NCBI GenBank assembly: GCA_964304625.1
Contig: OZ199840.1
Coordinates: 177,795-241,794 of the forward strand
DNA: 64,000 bases
Source of the DNA: Kudoa neothunni
Lineage: Eukaryota > Animalia > Cnidaria
Reading direction: 5' to 3'
Shown here: positions 1 through 14,175 of the stretch, piece by piece
Numbering within the stretch: the stretch's first letter is position 1
Layout: each line of letters opens with the position of its first letter
Notes under the pieces: model-generated
What the model was told of the DNA's origin: nothing
The model's database searches: none
What the model saw: the letters and a program-made list of their open reading frames with translations, nothing else
Program-made: the position numbers and the translations under genes

Positions 1-1127
1 CATCAATATTTAACACATATGAAGATGCTGGATCAACCAATAGGAAAAATTTTAAGTCATAATTTGCTATTTTTTTTTTATAATCGTCTAAAATAAGCCA
101 ATTGCTCATCAAGACGTACATTCTCTCCGGGGTTATTACATTTTTTCGCCACGTTGACCCAAATGTCCCATATTTCTCTAATTGGGCAAAATTGTTCGTG
201 CTACCGCCGTTCCTTCCTAGATTCTGCATTATCAATGTGGGATGCTCTTGTTAATTGCCTGAATATGTACAAGGAAAAAAGATATTTGTATATTTTCCTA
301 CTTTCGTCACAACTAAACATGTCAATAATAGCGTCTTGCCTATCCTTATGGATTGCCACGTACAATAAACAGCCAATAAAACCATGCATTTCATCGACTT
401 CAACATCTCTCCATTTATTACCATAATGATTCTTACCACATTGATTGGTATACTTAATTGTTTGTTCCACTATTTCTATTGGGAAGAAATGATGAAAACA
501 TCATACAATACTAGAGATCTTTTGAGTGGCGTACACAGTCACACCTCGAAGAAAATTCATTTTATTTTCTGCAGCCACGTTGGTTTTTTTGGTTTTATTA
601 CACTTCATAGACAGTTATTTTTGTCTACAAGCGAATCGTTATTTTTATCACGCACAAGATTTTCTTCCTTCTCATTGCTGACAGTTTCCTTCAAATCCAC
701 TAGGTCCTCTGTTTCAGATTCATTAGTGTCAATACTCTCCTCGCTATTTCCTAAGAAGAAATCCATACTCTCACAACAGAAACTTGCACACTCACGTATG
801 CGCGAAATAAAATTGTGTGTTTGATTTTGGTATGTAAAATATTTTTAATGCCAATTTCCATCTGAAAATTAATATAAATAATAATATTCTTTTAAAATAT
901 CAAAAAAAAAAATGTTGGAATCCAAATGGATCCCAATTATACTCCGAAGGTGTTTTTGTTATAAAAATTTCTATGACGGATGAAAATTCCAATAAATCTA
1001 TTCCTTTAAAGATAAACATGTTTTACGGGAACAGAAGAAGTTTGAATTCTAATAATTATATAACGGCTGAGAAAACGGGGTGGAAATCTCGTTTGGGGTC
1101 CAAATGGACCCCAGTTTACTTTGAGGG
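1..1127 (-). mobile_element. piggyBac (PGBD4-like) transposon, left end plus decayed transposase 5' part, truncated by the window edge
   Basis: Ends ...tttgaggg followed by TTAA at 1128-1131. Subterminal palindrome ggggtccaaatggacccc (~1095-1112) and a second copy near 916-935. The minus-strand ORF 201-470 (EMHGFIGCLLY..., FRQLTRASHIDN) resembles the piggyBac transposase N-terminal region. Confidence 0.8.
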
Positions 1128-1366
1128 TTAATAAATCTAACTAATAGTTATGTGCAATAAGAAATAGTTATTTATTCTTTTTAATTTTACACTATAATTG
1201 ATCTTTTAGCAATTAAAAATTTATTGTTCGCCTCCTTAGTCATAACTTTGATACTACAAAATTTCTGTAACCTTCTGAGTCAGTGGTTGTGGGAGCTCTC
1301 TCTTGCAGTTTGCTTAAGCCCAAGTTAGAAAATATACGGCGGAAACGATACAATAATATGTTATGA

Positions 1367-2773
1367 CAGCGTTTCCCTTTTATTTTTTCCCCACACCCCC
1401 AAACGATTATCAAGTTCACTCTCGCACCCCTATGTTAATATTTATAAAAATATTAATGGTAAAGTTGTGTTTCCTTTTTTTTACTTTAAGTTTATATTCC
1501 AAATAATGCATTTTAATTTTGTAATTTTCAAAGAAATATATTAAAATAATTTTCATGAGTTTAGTCGATTAATCGCTACTACTTTATGAATAAAATTAAA
1601 AAAAGCATTCCTATGATAATCATACATTTTAAAAAGAAAGCCAAAACTCAGCATTTTTATTTTATATAACATTATTAATGAAAACTTTATTTATTTTATA
1701 AAACAATTAATAAAATATTGCGTATAGACAGATATCTAGTTAATATATATATATATATTAAGTTTTATATCAAATTCAGTCACTTTAATAGGCATATAAG
1801 AGACCAAAATTCAAAAAAATGATAACACATTTAAAAACTATTGAGTTTAATTTCGATTTATCGGCTTTCCCTCTCTTGGCGTTCTTCCACTAATAATTCA
1901 AATCGCGGTTCCACATTTGTCAATGCGATGCGTAAATCATTTTCTGTATTCAGTAAATTTCTATATTTATTTTTTAAATACAACGAAAGTGAAAATCCTG
2001 ACTCTCACAACCTGGTCGTTGCGAATGGGATAAAAATTTTCAATGCTCATTTTGCAAGGGAAGGGTAACTGCATTGGGCATTGCACTAAAAGTTCTCAAG
2101 TGAATTTTCATTGTAACTCAACTTCATTGTGTAGTTTTCTTGAAAATCTATTAATTACTCAGTATCATTATCATCATTATTCATATTAATAACATTAAAT
2201 GAAAACGGATCAATAATCCAAATATCAGAATTTGTAAATGGTCGGGAGAATAATAAGCATCAAAGGATAATCTCAATTTATTTGTGATACACGGTATTAT
2301 TCCTGATATGTTGCCTACAATGGTAACTCTTGTGAAGCCATACCGAGTATAATCCTCATTCCATTTTCTAACCTTTTGGGAGGCAACCATGATGATGCGT
2401 GTGCGATGTTAATTTGCACATTAAATACACAACATTAGGTTAACATCCGTTAACGTCCTCATACTCCAAGATACAAGTTGACAGTATTTTATTAATAATT
2501 AATAAGTTTTTGGTAAATAAGTAGCGATTTTTTTATTATAAATTTATATGATTTTAATGGAAAGTGCACTATATAAAATCTGTTATTGTTAGATTATTTC
2601 ATTAACAAAATATCCCATTATATGATATTTAATTAAATACGGTAGCTTCAAACTGAATTTCTGAACTCAAATTTTTCTTTCATTCATATAGTCAGGCTTA
2701 AATTCTTAATTCATCATGGGGTGCTCTCGCAACCCTAATGATTGCTTCATGCACCCCCTATAGGGAAACCCTG
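1367..2773 (-). mobile_element. Non-autonomous hAT (Buster-type) element, internally deleted, copy 1
   Basis: TIRs cagcgtttccc...gggaaaccctg. Retains the transposase start MVASQKVRKWNEDYTRYGF (2181-2390) and a hAT C-terminal dimerisation remnant (IPFATT..CESGF...KNKYRN). It is an inverted near-identical copy of 46776-48197. Confidence 0.85.
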
Positions 2774-4700
2774 CCCTACATTGTATATGTCGCACGGTGA
2801 TTAGTGGTACTTTTATTCGGGATTACGATTGAATTAGCGCAACAGCCCTGCTTCGCGTGAGTTTCCTTGCCCGGACACGCAGACTAAAACCTTGAGTAGG
2901 CCAAGGTCATTTTAAGTTCAAGTCAATTATAATTATTTTATCATTCTTTTGACGACAATGATGCTCGAAATAAACAGTAATAACCCGATCGTCCTCATTT
3001 CATTCTTTACTGGACTTTATTTTCATTAAGAAATCATAAGTTCTCACAACTCGTGTGGCGTATTAAGCATTTTAACTAACCCGTCGATGAACTAACTAAT
3101 CTAAAAGTTTGTTAATAATGTTTCATTTAAGTATAACGTTCTAACATCATTATATGTTTATTTAAAAAATATTTAAAACTTTTTATCTTTAATCAAACGT
3201 GCATATTAAATAATTTATTCGTGTGTACTAATCTCAAGTTTAAATAAAATATCTTCGTTTACATCGAATCCCAGCCTACGCAGGAACGAATGTTATAGAT
3301 CGTCTTAAGTACGTTCAAAGTAGAAAAGAATAAACTTGAAAAGTTTCAGTTGTATTTACATACAGAAAATTTGTGTTATTTATGGATATCATTGAACCTA
3401 TTAGCAAATCACATGATGAAGTAATCTCATTATCATCCGATCTAATCTGTTTACAAAAAGTTTACATTATAAATTCACCACTTTATAAGAAAGTAGAAAA
3501 TCCCGTTATATTTTTGTAGTAAATTTTGTATTTTTAAAGTACAAAAATAATCTCAAATACTCAAGAAAATATCTGTATGAAGAGAAGATTAGCGCGTACA
3601 CACTCGTAAGGACACTTCTGCTATATTTATTAGGATAGATAGTTATTCCGGTTTCCGGATATTCAAACATTTAATTTCAATAAAATCTAAATAAATTTTA
3701 AAATATACACCGGATATTGCGATTTCAGGACAATCGAGGTCCGACTTTATTTTAATTAATGACATGGAATATTTATATGGGAATGACAAAGAAAAGATTT
3801 AATAATTTATTGTTAATGTTACTTTCGAATTTAATTGTATTGAATGAGAGTCATTGATTTTATTTTAAAAAGTGAATATTTGTTTAATAAATGAAATTGG
3901 TATTCAGTGGTATTCAGAATGTAATAATGATGGAAATTTTACCCTAGGTAGACGGAAGAACATTAGCTCGAGTGTTTACGGTAATACTTATATTTTTAAA
4001 ATTTTTTCACAAACCGCATGAATCCCTTTACCGTCGGCTGAATATAATTGAAATAACATTTACCAAACTCGGTAATCGTACATGTAAGTTAGGTCGTAGA
4101 AAAAACAAATATAATTTTTATTCGAAAATATTTTTTACTCGTGTCTACCAACTTTTGAGGTCAATGAGGAGATTATAGTGATAAAATATTTTTTATTAAA
4201 AAATTAATATTAATTATTTTATAGTTGTGGAAAGGTTAAGATATAATTTTGTAACATAAAAATAAATATATAAGATAATATATTATTAATAGAAATTGTG
4301 ATTTGTTGTATAATTTGTTAAAAATAAAAAGAGTATTGTAAACTGATGAATGAAGCATTTGAAATAAGATTTTAATTAGAAGGAAACATTTAAATCATGT
4401 TTCTTTTACATAATAAATTCAAAAACGATATTCATTCAGAAGAAAAAAGATTAATTTTTAATTTGTATTATCATTTTGTGAGAACGTTTCCTATATCTGA
4501 TTAAAAAGGGAATGTTTGGCAAAAGTAAATGAAGGAAATACTCATATAACCCACTAGAACATGTATTATTGTAATAATCTTATAAGTTTTCCGTTTATTA
4601 ATTAATGATTTTTTAAGGGGATTATTATTTTATATATATGAATTGTTATTATCTATTCATATTTTATTATATAAGCCGATCTATTTCTTGTTCAACAACA

Positions 4701-7650
4701 ATGAAGATTCCTCTCGTCTTATTTAATATTCTGATTATATTTTTCTGTAATTTTATTACAATTGTCAAGGTATATTTAATCATTTGTAGTCATAAATAAG
4801 GATTCTGTGCATGCAGCTCCAGAGGCCTCTACCACACCTAATAAACAACTCTCATATAGCATAGCAGATAGAGAAAAATTGCATCTCACTTTATCTGGAG
4901 CGGTGTATGCTACCACAGGGAAAAAATGTCTTATAAGGAAAGGAAAAGAAGACAGTACTGATATTGAACAAATAACCCCATGTCCTGAAAGTGATGTTAC
5001 TGATGGAAATGGCAAATGCCTTCGTGCATGTTCCGGGAATGATATTAAACTTGCATTTAATGTCCTACCGCCTAGAACAAAATACATCTATGTATTTTCT
5101 GGGGATCAAGCTAATGCAATAAAAGATAAAAACAACGGCGGGGATGTGTTTGGGTTGGCAACTCGTATATCAATTTTACTAATTCAATAAAATAAATTAT
5201 AAATAGCACTCTTGGTTAATCCAGAAATGACAATTTCAACAGATGGTTCAAAAAATTAAAACTAGCAACTAAAACGTGCCCAAATGTTGCATGTCCTATT
5301 TTATACAAAGGTGTTGAATACGCCAGTGGTACTGCTGGTGGTACTTGTATAGTTGATAATGAAAATAATATGGTTGATTTTGATGTATTGATTCCTCATT
5401 ATGAGATGAAATGTACGAATTATCCGAGCTTTTTCTATCACATGCCAAATTCATATATGAAACAAAATATTGACATGTATAAACCTCAATATTATGTGAC
5501 CTACAAACATGGTGGGGGAGAAAAGAGAAATTACGTGCTTAAATTCCAAAATGCATTTCCCTCGGAAATTTGCCTCTTCCATATAAAGGATGCAGCAGGA
5601 AATGCTAATGGTAAAACAGCCAATTATACATCATCGTGTAATGCTGGAGCCGGGAAAAACTGTTATGCACCATGCGATAATGTTGAGTTGACACTTGCTG
5701 AAACTAAACCAATCGTAAAAATATTAATTCAAACTAGGCATCACAAGCTAGAAGCAACAAGTAGCGCCTTTGAAGGTTACGAAGAACGAAAATTTAGTAT
5801 AATTTTTAGTAATTGTGATATAATTATCGTTAATTATAGCTATCGTTGAGGCTGAAAATGAGAGCACACTTTTAACAACACATGCTACTACCGGAGTAAC
5901 ATTAAACCGATCCTTATTTAATCCAAATGGCGCAACTGTAAAATTCAATACTTGTGCATTTAAAGTCTTACCAGCCGATAAACTAAGAACCAGTGATGGA
6001 GTTGCTATTAAATGTTCGGATACGAACTGTGACAGTGAATGCTCAAAAAGCTCTGCTATTGGCGATTTGGCTCCAGGAAAAGCGTATATGATTGAAATAT
6101 CCGCGGGAAGCATAGATAATCACGAAGACTTCAAAGAATATTTATTTTTCAGAACAGGTATTGAAAGAGATAGATTACGTATGTCAAATATTTTTAGTTC
6201 AAAAACAAGGCTCAAACTTCGTCACTACAGTGCCTACAGCAACCGACGTGACTGCGACAGTCAAGGCGATCGACGGAACTGTGGAAACAGCAGCCACAGA
6301 ACCAACATGCTCATATTATATAAGTAAAACACGTAAGAACATTTTTGTGGAAGCAGAATGTGAAGATAGTAACCCATGCAGAGGATTTTGCAAAGATACT
6401 CAGAAACTGATAAATTTACATCCAAAAACAAATTATGATATTAAAGTCATTTCGGACAAAGATTACGGAATAAAAATATTCGAAAATGTTTCAACTAGTA
6501 AAAATTTGTTATTGCAATCTTGTTTAATTTATAATTATTAGCTTTATCGACCCTCACTCTATCTCTTAAATTCCCAGACAAAGGATTTCGAGTGGTCGGA
6601 ACGTTGGCAACTGCATTTCCAAAAGCAGTTTGTAGTTATAAAATTAAAGTCAAAAGTGGAATTAATTCAGAGATAGTTTATTCCTGTCCAACAGTTGATC
6701 CTCCTCCTTCACAGCACACTCCAACTACTACTGATACTGGCCAATCTTCCGAAAATGAAGAAACAGCAAAATCTAGGTTGATCAATGGGGCCAATTACCA
6801 CAATAATAGAATAGCAAGAGCAAGTCGTGGTGATGATATAACTCCAAGTTCATCTACGACCACTAAAATGTTACCGCTCCCGACGCAACAACTCAGTCTA
6901 AGTTCCCACCATGCAATAAATCACCATTATGTAGCAACATAATAATCAGTGAGGGTTACGAGGCTGATAAAGAATACCAAGTCTTGGTTACAGCTGTAGA
7001 CAGATCTGAAGAAATTACAATCGATATTCCTAAAAGTACAATATTTACCTACCGAATTATGAGGAGTTCTAATATATCACATATAAATAGATGCCCTACC
7101 TGAGAATCCCGAGGAAGTAGACAAACAAATCACAGTGATTATTGAAAGAGTTGGCGATATTTTAAAAATCACGTCATTGCTTCCGAAAGAACAGAAAGAA
7201 AATTCAGTGTGTCGATGGATATTAAAAAACATGAACGATCCTTCTTTGCCAATGGTGAAAAAATGTGGCACGGTTGGTAGCAATAGGTGTACACTTCCAA
7301 CATGCAAATCTTTCACAATTGAGGGCATAAGCGATATCAATGATTATAATTTAACGGTTATTCACTCCAGAGATCCTACAATTAAAGGCGTTGGAATAAT
7401 AAAACAAGGTAATTAACAATAATTAATTAACTCATAAATTTAGGAGAGACTTCCAATCAATCAAGGTAAAATTGTGCGAAAATAATATTAAATATCATTG
7501 ATTTATAGGGCCAGCACCAGCATGTATTAACACTACATTTGGTCGTGTCTGAATAAGATACCGTTTAGGATAATTAGGATTGTAATACCAATTGTTATAG
7601 TCGTTGTAACCGTTGGATTGTACTTTGGTTACAAGAAGAATATATCATAA
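4701..7650 (+). CDS. Cys-rich FN3-like multi-module type I membrane protein, family copy A (most divergent); 10 exons, two apparent -1 frameshifts in A-runs
   Basis: ATG 4701; signal peptide MKIPLVLFNILIIFFFINKDSVHA after removing intron 4747-4789. Exons are homologous to copies B-E with the same intron positions and phases. Micro-exons 7444-7465 and 7509-7523. TM IIRIVIPIVIVVVTVGLYFGY then KKNIS* (TAA 7648-7650). Frameshifts at ~5250-5255 and ~6865-6868. Confidence 0.8.
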
Positions 7651-7819
7651 GGATCGATCTTATCAATAATTTATTAATCTCACTAAAACAACGTTTTTTA
7701 CATATTAATATAAATTTTAATAATATTTTAAATCAATATTTGCGATACATATTATTGTTAATTGAACCAGTTTTATTCTGTGCAGAATTTTATTAAAATT
7801 TGTTAAGCTTATATTACAT

Positions 7820-8450
7820 ACTAGCGCTACTGACCAGCTTTGCCCGGGTACCATGTGATGGGAAATTTTAACTTTTATTTTTGTTTTGAATGGAGAAATT
7901 CTACGGAAGATTTCATCTAATTAGCACGTTAAACCCTGTAAATTTTAGTTTTTTGTTTTAATTGTTGCATTTTAAAGCTTGTCGTTATTTTTGCAATATG
8001 ATGATTTAGTTAAACAAAATTGTGTGCGCACTTTACATTCAAATATAAATAGAGGTATTGAGAGAATTAAATCAGTATTTTTAAGTTTATGTTTACAAAT
8101 TATTGACCAAAAATATGTCCTTAATTTTTTGAGCAATGTAATTAACGATTAAAGTTCATTTATTCACTATACAAAATCATTAAATGACTTAACTTAAATA
8201 GGACTCTTAGTTCTTTTAAAAATTTTTGCGATAAAAATTAACCTTCCTAGTTATAAAATTTATTATTAATCTACAAACGATTAAAAAAATAGACCTAAGA
8301 GGCGTCAGAAATAAAAGTATTAATTGTTACTCGTTTTTTTCAATTTTATAAAGGATGTTAATGATGCCTCAAAAAGCTGTAAGCGGTAACTTACGTATTC
8401 ATTACTTTAACGCAAATTTCCGATTTTTAAATAATGAAAATTTTCTTAGT
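7820..8450. repeat. Dispersed ~630-bp repeat, possibly a non-autonomous Helitron-like element; homologous to 62355-62990
   Basis: Colinear similarity to 62355-62990. Begins actagcgct...gctttgcccggg, resembling the reverse complement of a CTAG 3' end with an adjacent GC-rich segment. The repeat is clear; the class is tentative. Confidence 0.5.
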
Positions 8451-10701
8451 TTTTTTTTAATTTTTTTCAATAAAATCAAGCTCAAAATATTAATATTTTA
8501 ACCTGGAAACTCATTAACATGATTTGACCAGATTTCAAATTAATAAAAATTATAATTACAGTTAGAGTCACAAGAAACTAATTCAAATTTAATATATAAT
8601 GGAGAAAAATCTATTGAAATCACATAATTTTATAAAAATAAACGTCGGAAATCCTATTTTTTTCTCTAAAGCCGCAAACGAAATTCAAAAAATAATAAAT
8701 TCAGCTAATGACTTAAAATATCAAATAATTTCTGTCATAAATACTACCTATTAACTATAGTTAACGAAAATTAATTTAATCTCTTTTCTTCTTCAATACC
8801 ACGATGCCAATTATTGCAATAACCACAACCACAGCAACACATGCAATAATGATTCTAAAATCAGTTAATTCAATATATCAGCACTTAAAAATGTTTACAT
8901 AAGTTTTGTTTTATCCCTAAAAAATATTAAATTAAAGAAATCAGTTTACTAAGCTCACCCTGAACTACTCTTTGCTCCTACGATATATAACATTAAATTA
9001 CACTGTGAACAAATAATATACCTTGTTGTATGTCAGCACCGCCAAAAATTGTATCATCTTCGACACTGTAAACAGTCAAATAATAATCATTTCCATCAGG
9101 TAAATTATTTATTTTGAATTCTTTACAGGTCACAAAGGCTGCACATCTGTCTACGCTTCTTCCCATGCAAGATTTTACTACGGCATTTGACTTGACACTG
9201 CTGTTACGTAACTCCCATTTGCATTTTGATTTATCGTTCATACTGGATGGAACTGTGGTGGTTACAATGAAACTGTTCCCGTCACGTGTAATGACGACTG
9301 ATATCAATTTTGAGGAGTCAGTTGGGTTTAATTGTGGTGTACTAATATAAGTTTCGTTTAAGAAATTCTTAATAGAGACATTAATTGTAATACTTGATTC
9401 TATAATATGCTCTTTTTGTGAAGATTTTCCAATAGCTGTGACTAAAATTTTGTATGTATTTGCTGCTTCATACTCGGGAAATGTTATGGAACTGCAAAGG
9501 GGATTTGAAGAACATGTATTTGCGCTGTTCGCGACATCAGCAAGCTGTGTATCTGAAGTGCCCGGAACTGAAGATTTCGCTGCTGTCATTGGGCCACCAT
9601 CTGCTACTATTGGCACAGCGATTCTAGCTATGTTGAGATCTGCTGAACTTACACTGGGAGGAGCAGCTGAAGGGGGGTACTGGTGCTACTGGGGCGGTAA
9701 CAGGTGTCGTTACTTTCGGCACCACAGGACATGTGTAATAGTCTGTGTAATCGTTACCAGTCTTCTTTTGTACGACATAACTACAAGTTGCAGTTGGATC
9801 AACGGAATTTAATCTTGCCTTCAATGACAAACCATCCAAGGTGATCTTATGTGTTATCGTTAACGTTGTTAATGCTAATAAACAATTAAAGAGTAAATTA
9901 TAACTTCAATAACCTGTTCGTATATCTGTGTAATCTTTTATGTCGTAATCCTTATGTGCAATCACCCTGATGTCATAAGGTTTGTTTGGCTCGAGGTCTT
10001 CTATCGTAACTTGTTCACTACAAATTCCTCTACATGGGGTGTTGCCATTGCATTTCGCGTGGAAAAAGCTGTCCAATCCAGCCGGACTCACCAAATACTC
10101 ACAGGTAGGTTCGGTTTTCTTTTGTGCAGGGTCAGTTGTGATGGCAGCTATAGCTGTAAGAGAGACTGTAGTATCTGTTTTTGTAGGATCAGTAGTTCCA
10201 TACTCTTTACTTGCTCCCTTTTCTATATAATTTATTATTTTACAAAATAAATATATTGAATTACTTGTTCTTATGAATATTTGCTCTTGTAAATTATTTG
10301 GAATGGTAGTGCCTGTAAATGTGATCTCAATCATGTAGGCTTTTCCTGCTTCAAGTCCTTGAAGCACCCATTTTGTCGAACAATCAGCTTTGCACGAACC
10401 GCTACCGCTAGTGGAGGTTTCAACAGTGCACGTTGATGTTGTTGGAGATTGTGATGTGATTTTGTCTGCAAAATAGTGTTGAAGAGTACATGTATTGAAT
10501 GTTGGATTAGTTTTTCCTTGAAATACGGTACCATCAAACGTAACACCAACATTGGTATAAGAAGAAAGCAATCCTCCATCTGGTTCAGTAATCGCTAAAG
10601 AAAATAATAAAAAATGCTCGTTAACACTCCTACTGAGTTTGGGGTCAAAAGTGACCCCATAGAAAAGTTCATTTCTTAAAAGCTATAATGATCAGCATTA
10701 A

Positions 10702-13136
10702 CCGTCTAAAGAAGCAAAAAAAACTACCCTCCATTTAAATTGGAGTTAATATGACCCCAGATTTTTATTTGATAAATTTGATTAATAAATTTTTATAAAG
10801 TTATTGGTAAATTTTTGAATTATTTCTGTTAGTAGATTTTCGAATAAATTGATAATAAATAAGTAAAATTAATCCTTTTTAATCTCGATCGCAACATCGC
10901 GAGCTTCGTCGCACACTGTCGTAAAATTAATATCCTCAAGAATATCCACTTTTAGGATAAAAAATTGCATATCTATAATCTATATAAGAAAATAAATTAT
11001 ATAATTATATCCAAAGAGAATCTCTTTAATAATTAATTCAAACAATTGTAACATTTGTTGGATGAGTCTACTTGGCAATATGGTCTATTACAATTTGAAC
11101 AACGAAGGAAGGTTTTTTTTATCATTTCCACGAGGGACATAACTACATCGTGCTATTTGGTTTTTTACTTGGGAAACATTTGTAACTGATTCGGGGAAAG
11201 ATGATTTTCTTTTGACAACTTTGTTATTATTCAAATTTCGAGTGATTAATGGTTCGTAAAAAGCTTCAGCGATTTCTTTTGTAAAGATATGACGGGTTTC
11301 ATTTTGGCTATTAAAAATATTCTTGTATAATGCAAAAGCATTAATCAAGGATAGGTCGAGAATATTGAAAATGATTATCATTGGCTATCTGCGGTTGAAT
11401 CTGCGAACAGAAACTGAGGCAAGCATTCGGCCAATGGTGTCGACTCTACCCTTTGTTTTATTGTAGCAAATGATAACTTCGGATTTTTTGTGTGTGAGGT
11501 ATTGAGGATGCTAACATTAATGGTTCCAGTTGAGATTAAAATGACAGCTTTATCTTTTTTGTTGACATACGACGTTGATACATTTTTCTCAAACAAGAAA
11601 AAAGTTGTACCGTACAATTCCCTTTTTTTTGAAGCAAGCACAGAAGTTGGAAGTTCCCCTTTTTGTGGCGAATAGTACCCAAGTATGTCAATATTTTTTT
11701 GTAATAGCTTAGATGCAAGTGGACAAGAAGAAAAAAAATAATCAGGCACAATATTTCTTCCCGAATGATATATCGGTTCAGAGAGTGATAGGACAATACC
11801 TTTAGCAACATTTAGGATTCGTTCGTTATTTCCATTTTTATCCGGATACGGAGAGATATTTAAAACATACATTTTAATTGGGTCAACAAATAAAGAAAAC
11901 TTTAGGCCATACTTTTCTGGTTTCAAAGGCATATATTGCCTAAATGGACATCTTCCCTTGAACACAACCAACTACTTGTCAATTGTGAAGTTTTGATTTG
12001 GATAGAAACACTTTGGTAATTCTCTTGTCCACATTTCTCACACCTCACGTATTGGCAAAATTTATCCGTGGTTCTTCTCTCTGACCTAATTTTTATGTCA
12101 TCGAAATAAAGAGATCGTGAGATTTGGTAAAATCTTGTCCTTGAAAAAATTTGTCTATAGATTTCTCTGCCTTCAGACACACAGAACAATTCTGCCATTG
12201 GCTCTTCCTGATCCTTGTGAACAGACATAAGGATAAGAATGCCGAATTATCCATCAAAATCTGTGGAGTCGACGTCAGTCCAATTTTCATTAAAATGGCT
12301 ACGCCCCAAAATGTGTGTACATTCAATAATTCTCTCACAAATATTTGAAGTAAAAATTATGGAAAGACGGCCCAACATATTACAAACTCCCTGTAAACAA
12401 TAGGCCATAGGAACGGGATGCGAGTTCATTATATTTTCAGCTGATGTTTTAGAGATAACAGGTTTGGTTAAGCTCCAGGTGATTCCACCTTTACAAGTTG
12501 TGAAGCAATCGGTTTCCACAATTTCATCTGAAGATTCTTAAATTTCAGGCATAATGTCTTCAAACTCATTTCCTAACAATTCGCATTCACCACCACTCAT
12601 CGTCCCGCGAAAAAATTGCGTACAATGTTGAGGTTGCACATCCATTACTGTAATATAATGTTGAATAAAACATGATAATTGCTTTATCACATAATTTAAT
12701 ATACTTAAAATACAATGCGAAAAATATTATTTTCGTACTAACTCTTAAAGCAAACACAACGCTATTTTGTTAATTCAACGATCATGAATGAAATGAAGAT
12801 GCAGTAAGCCGATGAAGATTAAATGAGATTAATTAATGTATTTAATATCGTTTTACTCGAAATTCAACCATTAGAATTTTTTTTAATACGTTATCATTGT
12901 GATTATAAAAATTTATCAAATAAAAATCTGGGGTCAATATGACCCCAAAGTAATTGAAGGATAGTTTTCTTCATTAAATGTTACAGTCATTATTTTTTTA
13001 TTATTTTCCGTTTAAATTACCACTACGAAAATATAGGAGAATAGATAGAATCTTGTGACAAAAAGAAGAATCCTAACAAAGTTACTGGAAATCAATTAGG
13101 CTTTGAGGTCGTATTGACCCCAATGTCTTCAGAGGG
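10702..13136 (-). mobile_element. Full-length-sized piggyBac (PGBD4-like) with pseudogenised transposase, nested in the outer element
   Basis: TTAA at 10698-10701 and 13137-13140. TIR ccgtctaaaga vs ccctctgaaga. Inverted subterminal repeats 10745-10780 / 12910-12950. Transposase fragments 11088-12519 (FKGRCPFRQYMPLKPEKYGLKF; NILDLSLINAFALY). Confidence 0.85.
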
Positions 13137-13260
13137 TTAAAGCCTCAAATTTATCGTTGTTAATCCATCTCTATATATGTCATTTGATATGCTAAAGTAT
13201 CGTTATTAAATTTGAACCTATTCCATTTTTATTCACGTATTAACTTAAATTCACCTTTAA

Positions 13261-14175
13261 CCCTCGAAGGAAGGTGCTCGGAAAAATTCCACCGGGAACG
13301 ATGGGGCTCATTTTTGACCACAGTAATTTTAGCTTCTTATTGCGACTATGCGTATCAAATCTCATAATTACAATCAAAACGTTTAAAAACTAGTAATCTA
13401 TTTATTTCATGCTGAAAATAATTTATTTAACATAAAAAATGTAATAACCCCGCAGAATGAATGTTATATGCATACGAACAAATGTGACATGTATAAAACA
13501 AATCACTATCACGTACATCAAAATATACCAGAGTCTATCGCAGCAGGACAAAAAATAACAACGTTAAAACGCGTTTAAGGCACAAAACTCAGGAGTGACA
13601 TGATGACAGTATTACATCACGAGGCCCGATGAATAACGTCCATCTGGATGTTGCGGTTCTAGCTTCATTGTACATTTCTTTGTTTATGTTGCTAAAATAT
13701 TTAATCACAAGGCGAGAATAATTATATTAGTTTATTATTTACATATATTATCTATTTATTTAAAAAATTATTTTTCCATTACCTCTTGATTTTTTAAAGT
13801 ATTCCGTACATTGATAAAACACAAGTATTTATTACTAAAGATTCGATACATTTATTTCGACTATATATGTAAAAACTCAAACCATTCTACGGAGATTACA
13901 AGAAATTAAAACGATATAATAACTTAAGTTGTACCACAAATCGAGGAAATGTCTAAATTGGGGTCATTTTTAACCCTCAAATAATGAATTATATTGTAAC
14001 ATTAACAATTCGACATAATAAATAAGTTTAAATTTTATCTTTGACACTAGAATCTTTCTAATGTTTTAGACCCTTCTAAAATTTTCTAGAAGGATCCTGA
14101 ATTGCGGTAGGCATAACACGACCCCCTGGGTCGGATCTTGCCCCATGATGTTCCATTCGGCCATCGGAAGTGATA
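13261..14175 (+). mobile_element. Third, internally deleted piggyBac-like element inside the intron-3 insertion (right end uncertain)
   Basis: TTAA 13257-13260 followed by ccctcgaagga, the same start as the 40648 element. Short transposase-like remnant near 13430-13470 resembles the reverse complement of 121-150. A ggggtc...ccc motif lies at ~13960. Confidence 0.5.

Noticed and set aside
3260-3760. MITE-like terminus (…tcgaggtccgactt)
   Set aside because: No matching opposite terminus could be identified with confidence.
4770-4800. Alternative first introns for copy A (4770-4789 or 4770-4800)
   Set aside because: 4770-4789 gives an immediate stop. 4770-4800 is possible but is phase 0, whereas 4747-4789 keeps the phase-1 pattern of all paralogues.
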